From NCBI RefSeq assembly GCF_006345805.1, contig NC_043000.1, positions 51,460,001 through 51,524,000 on the forward strand: a stretch of 64,000 nucleotides of DNA. Reading direction: 5' to 3'. A model generated the notes under the pieces. It saw only the letters and a program-made list of their open reading frames with translations. It had not been told where the DNA came from and searched no databases. This DNA comes from Octopus sinensis (Eukaryota). The position numbers were made by a program, and so were the translations under genes. Shown piece after piece: positions 1-10,529 of this stretch (the stretch's first letter is position 1; each line of letters starts with the position of its first letter).

Positions 1-2122
1 GCTATATGTTAAATTGCTTTCACTCAGTAATTTGACATTGGAATCTGTAAGAAATGGTTTCTAATGTTTTTTCTTAAGATATTGAGGTTGGTTGATTAGA
101 ATTTTGAACTAATTCTTTCAATCTCTTTCAATGTACATTAGTTATCATCATTACTCAAGTAATTGGTTCTAAAATGGACTTCGAATTACAAAGTATCTTT
201 TCTTACAAATCAGGGAATTTCCAGGAAATTTAGAAGGGAAAACATCAAATAATTCTAAACCATGTGGTGGATGTGTATTTATACTCACTGTATTAAAATA
301 TATTACTTACAGCTATTGGCTACAGATACAATACTTAATATACTGATTTTCTCTTATATTTATTCTGAGTCTTTAATAGATATGAAGAAAAATTTCTTAA
401 AGATTTCAAATAATTTCTGTGTGAATAAATTCTCCCATTGTAGGAATCAAACTTTAGACTTATGTGATTAGACATTCCGCTCATGTCAAATAACTTATTT
501 GAAAGTTATTTAATTCATACACTGAGTTATAGAAATAGTTTAATTACAGTTGACAGTCTCCAACATTCAGTTTGTTGAAATATAACTATAAATTTATATC
601 AATTGTGCTAAGTATATGTTAAATAAAATAAAAAAAAATAAATATTAAATGATTAAATAGAAACACAAAATGCGAGTTTCTTATGACATGTGTTAAACAT
701 CTGATCACAAAATTCTATAGCCTGTATTCTACTTTGGACAAATATGTCATGAAGCAGGAAAGGAACTGACTTAATATTTATTAAAGATTCAGAATCAGAA
801 CACATGAAAATCATTATATTAAATGCTAGAACGTAGTAAAGGAATAATCTACTTTACTATTAGTGATTTCTCTCTCAACACGCATATTGTTGAACCTTTA
901 TTTATATTTGAATATCATGGCATTACTACTCTTTATGTAAGCATGTGTCAGTTCATTACACCAGTAAGAACATTTCAGCATGTTATTAATATATTTATTA
1001 ATAAACTTCTACTTTTAATTAGCTACATGTTGATTGCTCCATTTTGCTGTTTTTGTTGCATTCAACTTCCAATGAGCTACTGATTTTAATATAAGCAGTA
1101 ATTTGAGAGTTAAAAAAGCAAGAGACCCACTGATAAGTTTTAGGCTACATATCTTTCATTTCTAAAGATGAGGTTAATCATAGAAATAATTACGATCCTA
1201 TTGTATTAACAAACTGCCTTGAAGTTTTTTTTTTTTTTTTTTTACTTATCAGTGTAAAAAAATACATTTGTAGGAATCATAACACTCTATAGCAGAGGAA
1301 AATGATCCACAAAATGTATAATGTTAATTTTTGAATAAGGTCATGCTGAAATATATCGAAAAAGTAACTGTTCAGAAAAAGAATTGCTTGTGTTTTGAGG
1401 AGAGAAAATGCAATTTGAATTGTAGAAACATGTTGAATAAAAAACATATTGTGCATTGCTTATTGGGGAGAGGATACTTATATTAGAGTAAAAGCAAGAC
1501 AAACTTGGAAAAATGGTATAGAATTAAAAGATGATGATATGTAGTATAGTATACCTATTCAAAAAGCTAATATAGAAAACATGGACTTTAAATAAAAAAT
1601 ATTGATGATAGTGGCAGGGATAATATAGTTGATCCACTTATTTTCATCTAACAAATAGAAGTTAAATACAAAGTTTAAATGCTGGAATATTAATCTGTAA
1701 GTATTGAACTCAAATTCTGATCCTATAGGTCATCTATACTGACTCCTCACATTTTGCATTAAAACAATCTTCACATTTGTTGGGGGAATGCATGAAGTTG
1801 AAACGAGTGTGTATGCACATAGTGCCACTTGTCACACTCATAACTTTGTGCATATGGTGTGTGTGTTTGTGTGTGTACTACAACATACTTATGATATATT
1901 TGAATGACTTAAGCACATTTCTCTTTTCCATTAAATCAGGAAGACTGAACCCCCATTGACAGATATGTATGTATATTAAAAATTAATTATGTTTAATGCT
2001 GTAAGTGTATAATATGAATAAAGCTTCATCTTATATGTTTTGCACATATGTGTGTTTATATATTTGTATGTATGTTTTATATATAGATATGAATATATAT
2101 ATATAAACACACACGCACACAA

Positions 2123-2154
<32 letters not shown>

Positions 2155-2384
2155 GCACATATATGTATGCATACATTTATGTACATATATATATATATAT
2201 AAACTAGATAGACTTAGAAACCTGAAATAATATAGAGAAAGAATATATGGAAAGTAAAAGGTTCTGTAATCCATAATTGGGAGCAGATTTAAAGAAATAA
2301 TAACTGATCTGCAGGTGAGATGAAAACGGGGAATTTCTATTAAATAACCTGCCATATTGCTGGAGAAAAGCCTCAACCATGCTG

Positions 2385-2597
2385 AAAGTGACATAGTGGT
2401 GGAATGAAGATGTGACTGGTAAAGGCTAATAGACATGCTTGCAAAATGAAGGAAGGTGATAGCAGGGAGAGGAGACATTATCAAATTACTGGAAGGGCAG
2501 CTAGGCAGCAGATATATTTGGTTAAGAGTGAGGCAGAAAGGAAGAGATTTGTGCATATCTTGCAACATAAGGATCAGAGGCATGAAGGTATTAAGGC
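2385..2597 (+). mobile_element. Decayed RTE-clade LINE ORF fragment (linker between endonuclease and RT)
   Basis: Translation with stop/frameshift gives KVT*WWNEDV...SRERRHYQITGRAARQQIYLVKSEAERKRFVHILQHKDQRHE, resembling the TWWWN...YQ.ARREARRQVY.A..EAE motif of RTE ORFs. Confidence 0.65.
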
Positions 2598-3692
2598 TTG
2601 TGATTCCTAAATAAAATTCATCTGTTCCAATTACTCATGTGCTCACATGATATTTGTTCTGAGTGTATGAATGTAATCAAAACATCTGGGCTCTCCATAG
2701 GGTTAACTTGCTGTCCCTCTATACAGCCAAACTCACACATACGCATACACATATATGTGTGTGTATCTGCTCGTATAAATGCACATCTAAACACAGATGC
2801 ATTTACATAAGTTTTTTGCACATGCAAACACACACATTTTCATTCATAGGTTATTTGAAGATATATACACACACGCGCACACACACACACACACACACAT
2901 GCACATGTTCTATTATAATATATAGATACACACATCATAAACATCCACATCTGTTATTGTCATTGTTGACACCATTAACAAAGCTATTCCATTCATCATT
3001 TCTAGGTTGCCAAGTGGAATGTATGAAAAGTATGGCTTTGTTCATTAGTCTCTCTCTCTCTCTCTCTCTCTTTCTCTGAAATAACTGCCATTTGCCAATA
3101 TATATAGATGCATCTGCAGTTCATAAGTCAATATTTCTCACAAAGATAAAGATGAAAATAATGGAAGTGATTTGGTGAGTTAAAGAAATTTGGAGGGACA
3201 GACAATACGCAGAGATAGAGGGTAGGAAGCAGAAATAGAGGGAAAGAATGAGAGGAATGAGATGTAGCTAGGTGATATGATGTGTAGAAGAAAAAGAAAT
3301 GAATGAAGGACTGGATATTTCTTTCTTTTGGGAAAATGTCCAGTAATTGCTACTTGGAGACTACTTATTCCAAAACTAAAATTTCATTGGGAAAAACCAT
3401 TGTCAGAGCTGTAGGCATTCAAATTTTTGTTTATTGGTCCTTAAAAATTGTATAGCAGAGCTAATGATCATTTCCAGTCAAAATTTTTACCAATTATACT
3501 ATGCTGTTTCTTTTCATTTGTCAGTCTTTCGTATTTTTTACACCTTGGACGTTGCATTGTTTACATTTTAATATTAGGCTCTTTAGAGACATTTACAATA
3601 AATAAATAAATAGATTTGGTAGTCTTTTTGTTAAAAGAAACAGTAAATTCTAGCTCAAGGAAGGGTGTTATTGGTTTATCAATTCAAAATAG

Positions 3693-3740
<48 letters not shown>

Positions 3741-4729
3741 AAGGATTTTATTATAGATTGAAGGCTGCTTAGTTCCAGTGTCAGTCAACCAGTTAATCAG
3801 CTAACCATCTTTGCATGATGATAATGCATTACTAGGTATGAAAAAATAATGTTTACTTTAGATAATGATCTCTTATTTCTACACAGTAATGATCCATGGT
3901 AGTCCAGATTGTTAGATTCATGTAGTAACTTCCTGGTTTTTCAGTGGACATTGTTAATAGATTTCATTGTCAAATTAAATTTCTGAAGAAAATCAGATAT
4001 TGCCTCTCCTACACCCAATGAAGACCCTCAAATGCTAATGCTTGTCTTCTTTCTTTTTTTCTTTTTTCTTTCTTTCTCTTTTTCTTTCTATTTTGTCTGG
4101 GTAGTTTCAATTGTTTTTTATAACACCGTCCATGCTTTCATTGTCATAAGAGAAGCTATTTAATCAACCAAAATATTCTGACTAATCCATTAAACATACT
4201 GCTCTACTGTTTGTTTCAGTTATGTATAGACAAAGCAATCATTTACTACACATCTTATTTGTGTTCATGTGAGCGGAGGATTGAGTAGCTTGCTTAAGTG
4301 CTGAAAATCTTCTAACCTACAATGTGTACAGTGGTTAAAGAAAGAGTTAACATACTTTTATTTCAATCTTGATTGCTTCACTGTCATTTTGATTCAACTT
4401 ATGATCAGTAAGCAGCTAGTTGTCTTCTTATGACTGCACTTACTTATCATAATTTGATTTATCTGGAAACATCCCATAGAGAAATGCATTGTTTTCTCTC
4501 TTGTTACATGAAAACCTTTTTTACTGAATCAGAAAAAGGAGGATGTTTTATGCTTGGATTCAATTACTGTGTCATTCTTAGAAATTGATGTTAACCAGAT
4601 ATTTTCAAAATATCTCAATGTTTAGAAAATAGGACAAGGGTACACATTTTGAAACTAAGAGTAATGTATAATTTAACTTACACTGCTGTAGTTTGGGTCA
4701 ATATTATTATTATTATTATTATTATTATA

Positions 4730-4897
4730 GGCACAGGGATGGTTGTATGATAAGTATCTTGCTTACCACCCACATGGTTCTGGGTTCGGTCCCACTGCAT
4801 GGCGCCTTGGGCAAGTGTCTTCTACTATAGCCTCAGGCTGACCAAAGCCTTGTGAGTGGATTTGGTAGACAGAAACAGAAAGAAGCTCATTGTATAT
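4730..4897 (+). mobile_element. tRNA-derived SINE family A, 5' half
   Basis: tRNA-like head (GGTTCGGTCCC B-box-like), then ccttgggcaagtgtcttctactatagcc; homologous to copies at 7674, 52133, 60051. Confidence 0.85.
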
Positions 4898-4930
4898 ATC
4901 TCTTTATAATATGAACATTGCCATCAGCTT

Positions 4931-5150
4931 TCACAAGTCAATGAAGAAGCTTTTGTGCAGTCACTTGACTGGCTAGAATTAGTAAACCAGTCTCCCTTAT
5001 ATCACACTCTACCATCATCCTAAATATGTAAGAATATATTAGATAAAATAGTGGCTGATATGCAAAAAGAAAGAGGGATCAATATTAGAACACTTTTGAT
5101 CATAGCTTTCCTCAGACGTGGCTGCCCTGAGGCTGAGTAACAACAACAAT
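4931..5150 (+). repeat. Old interspersed repeat family G
   Basis: acaagtcaatgaag...gtcact...tttgatca shared with 39205-39370 (+) and reverse copies at 41590-41850 and 59560-59830. Confidence 0.55.
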
Positions 5151-5159
5151 GATAATCCT

Positions 5160-5345
5160 TTCTACTATAGGCACAAGGACTGAAATTTTGTGGGTGGAGA
5201 CTAATCGATTACATCGACCCCAATGTTTCATTAGTACTTAATTTATCAACCCCAAAAGGACCTCAGTGGAATTTGAACTCAGAACATAGCAACAGGTGAA
5301 ATACTACTAAACATTTCATCTAGTGTGCTAACGATTTCACCAGCT
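5160..5345 (-). mobile_element. SINE family B
   Basis: Reverse complement of the gagttcaaattc...ggggttgataaattaagtac...ggggtcgatgtaatcga core seen in many copies. Confidence 0.8.
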
Positions 5346-5764
5346 CACAAAATATTTGTTTGTATTTTAATAATAATGAATTCTTTATTTAATAATGTCA
5401 TTTTTGATTGAAGAAAAGATCAAGGAAAAGTATATCATTGGATCATTTTTGAAAATATTGACTATGGCTCAACTTCAAATTCAAAAAATTAGAGACACGT
5501 AATAAAGAAGTAAATAATATGATCTGCATAGCTTATTTTCTTCCCGTACTATTGTGACACATTTTGTTCTAAGTAAGAAATATGATTCTTGTCTTATTTA
5601 GGATATATATATATTCTACTCCAAATAAGCCATTCTGTAATGTTGACTAGATTTATGGTTATGAATCCATAATCATCTTTTGGGGCACACATAAAGTTTA
5701 CATAATAGCTCTTTGATTATACACTTAGCATTTTATTGTTATTATTAAACTAACAATAATGTCC

Positions 5765-6075
5765 AATCCAGTTGTTCTTTCTTTGAGGTTGGTTAAAGGA
5801 GCAAGTCTACTGTACCAAACCAAAGACTTCAGAAGAACTTGAAAGGTGAATACTAGAAGTTATGTATTCCATCCTACAAGAGTTCCTGATGAAATTAATT
5901 GATACAAGTCTTGGGTGACTCAAAAAGCTGGTGGTAACATTTGGAGCCCATATCAAATTTTAAATAAAACCTCACACTAAAAGCTTCCTTCTCATATCCA
6001 CGTTTTTGTAAAAATTACAATTAACGAATAATTTATAAGTATTTTAAAATAGGAAGTTACTTTTCAATCACCCTG
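5765..6075 (+). mobile_element. Tc1/mariner transposase C-terminus plus right TIR end
   Basis: FFL*GWLKEQVYCTKPKTSEELER*ILEVMYSI...LKKLVVTFGAHIKF* matches the (D)FFLWG.LK..VY..KP.T..EL motif; ends caccctg followed by TA (6076-6077). Confidence 0.8.
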
Positions 6076-6164
6076 TACACATTATAAGAATATTTTGTCT
6101 AGTGTTTTACCATTCTTATTCAATCATTGCTTCATCACCATCAACGTCTCCTCTTCATCATTAT

Positions 6165-6420
6165 CATCATCATCATCAATACGAAACATGGGTTGGATGG
6201 TTTCATAAGTTTTGACCATTCTGAGAACTGCATTGTTCTCCAGTGTTTGATTAGGATGGTTTCTATGGCTGGATGCCCTTCCTAATGCCAACCACTGTAC
6301 AAATTGTAGTGAGCATGTTACTCATGATATCAGCTCTAGTGGGATCATCATGTCATTTACAAGACTAATGTCTTCTTCAACTGAGTGACATTACAGTAGA
6401 GAGGCAAGCAGCCTTATGCC
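6165..6420 (-). mobile_element. RTE-tailed SINE/LINE 3' end, family C
   Basis: (cat)n tail, then catgggttggatgg...ctggatgcccttcctaatgccaaccac; repeated at 15390, 36420, 44462, 46225. Confidence 0.75.
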
Positions 6421-7190
6421 AGAAGATAAGAAGTTAAAGTATGGGAGAATAGGCTAGAACTGAACAGGTTTCTTGCTGTAAAGGGGCTACATGAACACAT
6501 ACATTATAGAAGGGAGGGTGGAAATGACCAGGATGGAACTGGAAAAGGAGATGAAATTCTGGTGATGAAGTGTCAGCATGGACCCTCAAAGCACCTGATG
6601 AGTAAAAGAGCATGGCGATGGAAGTTGAGTTGTTCTTTTTCTTAATATTAAAACTCAGTCACTCTTTCAATATATATTTCTCATATATTATTAATGGAAA
6701 AACGTGGTCATGCATAGAAAATTGACTCAATTACATTGCTAAAAGTCTTAGTTAATATTACTATCAGTGTCATTCTTATTATCACCAATTTTAATCAAAT
6801 TAGAGTTGTAGGTTTACTCTGTTTTAATATTGTCATTGGCTTTTCTTCCCTTGTAAATATTTATGTTGATTGCCTAATTTTAACTTCTGCATTACTTGAA
6901 GCAAATGAAACTATTCCTCAAGAAGTAGATGATTTTATTATTGACTTGACTTCTAAATCATCTTAGCAACTTTGGAAAGTATATTATTCGGGATTGAGCA
7001 GTCATAAAATTCTTCATTCTTTTTTCGTTTATTGCTTCAGTTTTATTTTCATTGTAGTTGCACCTACACACGTGTAAACAATAATAATAATGATGGTGAT
7101 GTTGATATAGATACTAATTGTTGTTTTGTAATTGTCATTAACTTTGTAACTACTTTTTTTATTATTATTATTATCATTATTATTATTATT

Positions 7191-7397
7191 GAGACGATGA
7201 GCTGGCAGAATCACTAGGATGAAATGTTTAGCAGTATTTCATCTGTCGCTATATTCTGAGTTCAAATTCTGCTGAGGTCAACTTTGGTTTCGGCCTTTCG
7301 GGGTTGATAAATTAAGTACCAATGAAACCCTGGGCTCAATGTAATCAACCAGTCCCCTTCCACCAAATTTCAGGTTTTGTACCTTTAGTAGAAAGGA
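7191..7397 (+). mobile_element. SINE family B, copy 1 of identical tandem pair
   Basis: 207 bp, identical by eye to 7429-7635. Confidence 0.9.
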
Positions 7398-7428
7398 TTA
7401 TTATTATTATTATATTATTATTATTATT

Positions 7429-7635
7429 GAGACGATGAGCTGGCAGAATCACTAGGATGAAATGTTTAGCAGTATTTCATCTGTCGCTATATTCTGAGTT
7501 CAAATTCTGCTGAGGTCAACTTTGGTTTCGGCCTTTCGGGGTTGATAAATTAAGTACCAATGAAACCCTGGGCTCAATGTAATCAACCAGTCCCCTTCCA
7601 CCAAATTTCAGGTTTTGTACCTTTAGTAGAAAGGA
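7429..7635 (+). mobile_element. SINE family B, copy 2 of identical tandem pair
   Basis: 207 bp, identical by eye to 7191-7397; separated from it by (ATT)n. Confidence 0.9.
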
Positions 7636-7673
7636 TTATTATTATTATTATTATTATTAAAATTATTATTATA

Positions 7674-7819
7674 GGCACAGGAGTGGCTGTGTGGTAAGTA
7701 TCTTGCTTACCACCCACATGGTCCTGGGTTCAGTCCCACTGGGCAAGTGTCTTCTACTATAGCCTCTGGCCAACCAAAGCCTTGTGAGTGGATTTGGTAG
7801 ACAGAAACAGAAAGAAGCT

Positions 7820-7872
<53 letters not shown>

Positions 7873-8079
7873 AGTGTGTGTATGCGTTTGTCTCCCCCAC
7901 CACCACTTGATAACTGATGCTGGTGTGTTTACATCCCCGTGACTTAGCAGTTTGGCAAAAGAGACCGTAGAATAAGTACTAGGCTTTCAAATAACAAGTC
8001 CTGGGGTTGATTTGTTCAACTAAAGCCAGTGCTCCAGCATGGCTGCAGTCAAATGACTGAAACAAGTAAAAGATAAAAG
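7674..8079 (+). mobile_element. tRNA-derived SINE family A, near full length
   Basis: ggcacaggagtggctgtgtggtaag head, internal (TA)n(TG)n, ttagcagtttggcaaaagagacc domain, gtcaaatgactgaaacaagtaaaag tail. Confidence 0.9.
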
Positions 8080-8234
8080 AAATTATTATTATTATTATTA
8101 TTAAGTTGGTGAGTTGACAGAATCATTAGAGCATCAGAAGGAATTCCGTGCTGTGTTTGTTGTATAGTTCTTTATTTAAGAGATGAGGAATTACGTACAT
8201 TTGATGGATATTTTTCCTCATCTTGTTTGTCGTT

Positions 8235-8280
8235 AACACAACTTTTCGGCTGATATACCCTCCAGCCTTCATCAGGCGTT
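8235..8280 (-). ncRNA. Minimal type I hammerhead ribozyme motif
   Basis: AACGC-CUGAUGA-A-GGCUG(10-nt loop)CAGCC-GAAA-AGUU-GUGUU; stem I AACGC/GUGUU and stem II pair; position 15.2 is A rather than C. Confidence 0.75.
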
Positions 8281-8448
8281 TTGGGGAAATTCCGAACCTG
8301 GGTTCTCATTATAATAATAATAATAATTATTATTATTATCATTATTCAGCTCACTGCCCGGAATTTAACTCGGAATCTTGGGGTTAGTAGCCTGCACTCT
8401 TAACCCCAAGATTCCAAGTTCAATTCTAGGCAGTGAGCTGAATACTAA

Positions 8449-8489
<41 letters not shown>

Positions 8490-8563
8490 ATAATAATAAT
8501 AATAATAATAACAACATCGAAAAATACCTTAGGAATGAGAATCCAGGTTTGAAATTTCCCCAA

Positions 8564-8609
8564 GACACCTGATGAAGGCTGGAGGGTATATCAGCCGAAA
8601 TGTTGTGTT
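8564..8609 (+). ncRNA. Minimal type I hammerhead ribozyme motif
   Basis: GACAC-CUGAUGA-A-GGCUG(10-nt loop)CAGCC-GAAA-UGUU-GUGUU; intact CUGANGA/GAAA core, predicted cleavage after GUU (8604), reduced stem III. Confidence 0.8.
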
Positions 8610-8864
8610 AACAATAAACAAGATGAGGACAAATATCCATCAAATGTAAATAATGTGTATTTGTTGTAGCTGTTAACTTTCTGAATTCAGATTCTACCAA
8701 AATCAACTTTGCATTTCATACTTTTTGGGTCAATAAAATAAGTACCAGATGAACACTGAAGTTAAATTAATTGACTATCCTCTTCCTCAAAATTTCAAGC
8801 CTTGTGCCTATAATGGGGAGAATTAGTTGTTGTTCTTTATAGAATTGGACAAATTGCTTCTGTA

Positions 8865-9000
8865 TCTGTTCTGGCTCATTGTGTCCTGAGTTCAAAATCA
8901 ATTTTGCCTTTCACCCTTCTGGGATCAATAAATACAAGTACCAGTCAAGTACTGGATCAATTTTATTGATTGGCCCAGTCCTTTCAAAATTGTTGCCCTT
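8865..9000 (+). mobile_element. SINE family B, 5'-truncated
   Basis: ctgagttcaaaatcaattttgcctttcaccctt...aagtaccag core. Confidence 0.7.
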
Positions 9001-10427
9001 ATGCTTAGATCATCATCATCATCATCATAATCACTACTACCTCCATCACCACCACCACCACCACCATGGGGAGTAGTGATTGTCAACTGGTAACAAAGAG
9101 TTGATCTTTCTCTTGACCTATCTTTTGACCAACATTTTCTGTACATTATTTCGAGAGCTTCCTTTGTGCGTGAGTGGGAAGTGTCTATAAGTAGTCAATA
9201 AGGCAGAATTAAATTATTAAAGATGTATTGTAATAAGTGCCAATCTTGGGCTTTAATGATTGACTTAGTTATGTGCTTATGCCAGTCCAACACAATCAGT
9301 AGCCAAAGGCTAATGGTATTACAGTATTCCTGATATCTTGAAAAAGTGATCCTTTTAGGATTGGCAAACCACGAGTTTCAAATTGGCATCTATTCGACAA
9401 TAATTGTGGCTTATTATAATTACAGACATCAGTTGCAATCAAACTCATTGAAGATAGTTAACCATGATGGGAGCTTGTTTAGATAGTGATGCCAATGTCC
9501 TACATACACTGACTATGTAATAGCAAGGAGGAGAATTTGAATGATGCTTTGTCTTTAAGGAATTAATGGAGCTCACATCCCACAATATTGTTTCAATTTT
9601 TGTTTTAAAATCTCTTTACTGATGTTGCTAATGTCATAAGAATTGTAATAAATATAACAGAGTACATTTATAATCAACTAAAAGATTCTGGTTTAATTTT
9701 TATTCAAGGAACATTTGTTTACATATGTAATAGTATGTTCCTCAGTGTTAGTGGTACTGAAGCAACTAACATGTGTTTTTTAGCTCTCATTGCTTTCTGG
9801 TTAAGGAATTAACTTAGCAGCCATGTGGTTCAGGGTTTCTAGTTTAATCCCATTACTGATGAGGTCTCTAACCATAGCCCCAGGTTGACAAATATCTTTT
9901 GAGCATAATATGTTACATGAAAACTGTACAGAATCCTATTATACATGTACATCTGAATGCATTTCTGTATCTCTCACTACTTCATATTGGTGTATTTAAA
10001 TTTCGGTGCTTTAGCAATGAAGTTCCTTACATTCCCTTGTCACTCTCACCATTACCATCAAGAATATGTTAAGCCAATGATTAGCTCATTTGAAACAAGT
10101 AACCAACATGTTTCAATAAAAAATAAATGAACCAAATGACCTATGCAAAGAACAGCACTGTCTGTGGCATTTATTATTCACTTCCCTTTTGTAGTAATAC
10201 AAGGTTTTGATCTACTTTAATAATTTGCTGCTTTCATTTGCAACTTGTTTCTTCATTTCGTCTGAAATATTGAAACTTGCAAACAGTTCTTTATCTTGTA
10301 GATATTTGGCGGAATCAATATTCTATTCTCTTTTCGTGAAAGTGAGAATTTGATGTTCTTTTCAGCATCCCAAATAATAGTGGTTAGTTTCAAGAAACAA
10401 TTTACTAATTAAAAGCACTGCACTTAC

Positions 10428-10474
10428 AAGTTGTCATGTTTTCTTTGTGCACAACTTCAGCAGCAATACCTCAG
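10428..10474 (-). other. Candidate 47-nt exon (minus strand)
   Basis: (CT)n pyrimidine tract + TAG acceptor and GTAAGT donor; stops in all three frames from the TAG acceptor; contains AAAC-ATG-ACA-ACT. Confidence 0.3.
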
Positions 10475-10490
10475 CTATAATAGTAATGAT

Positions 10491-10529
<39 letters not shown>

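Larger units (their letters stand above)
8165..8655. mobile_element. Fold-back dimer of a tRNA-headed, hammerhead-carrying (Penelope-type) non-autonomous retroelement
   Basis: Outer inverted arms 8191-8310/8534-8653 (120 bp, about 90% complementary); inner arms 8344-8386/8401-8443 (43 bp, 4 mismatches); flanked by tgtgtttgttgta (8152-8164) and tgtatttgttgta (8656-8668). Confidence 0.85.
8104..8820 (+). mobile_element. Older SINE family B interrupted by the fold-back element
   Basis: Head at 8104-8164 (ggtgagttgacagaatcattag); body resumes at 8656 (ttctgaattcagattc...ggtcaataaaataagtacc...gccttgtgcctata). Confidence 0.7.

Noticed and set aside
6736-6966. 76-aa hydrophobic ORF resembling a membrane protein
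   Set aside because: No ATG and no convincing splice sites; it is consistent with a decayed (ATT)n repeat and adjoins intact trinucleotide repeats.
7191-7635. Repeat-spacer-repeat pattern suggesting CRISPR
   Set aside because: Eukaryotic SINE tandem duplication; no short constant repeats with unique spacers anywhere in the window.
8365-9146. ORFs with poly-L/V/T/N/H/G
   Set aside because: Trinucleotide repeats within and after SINEs.
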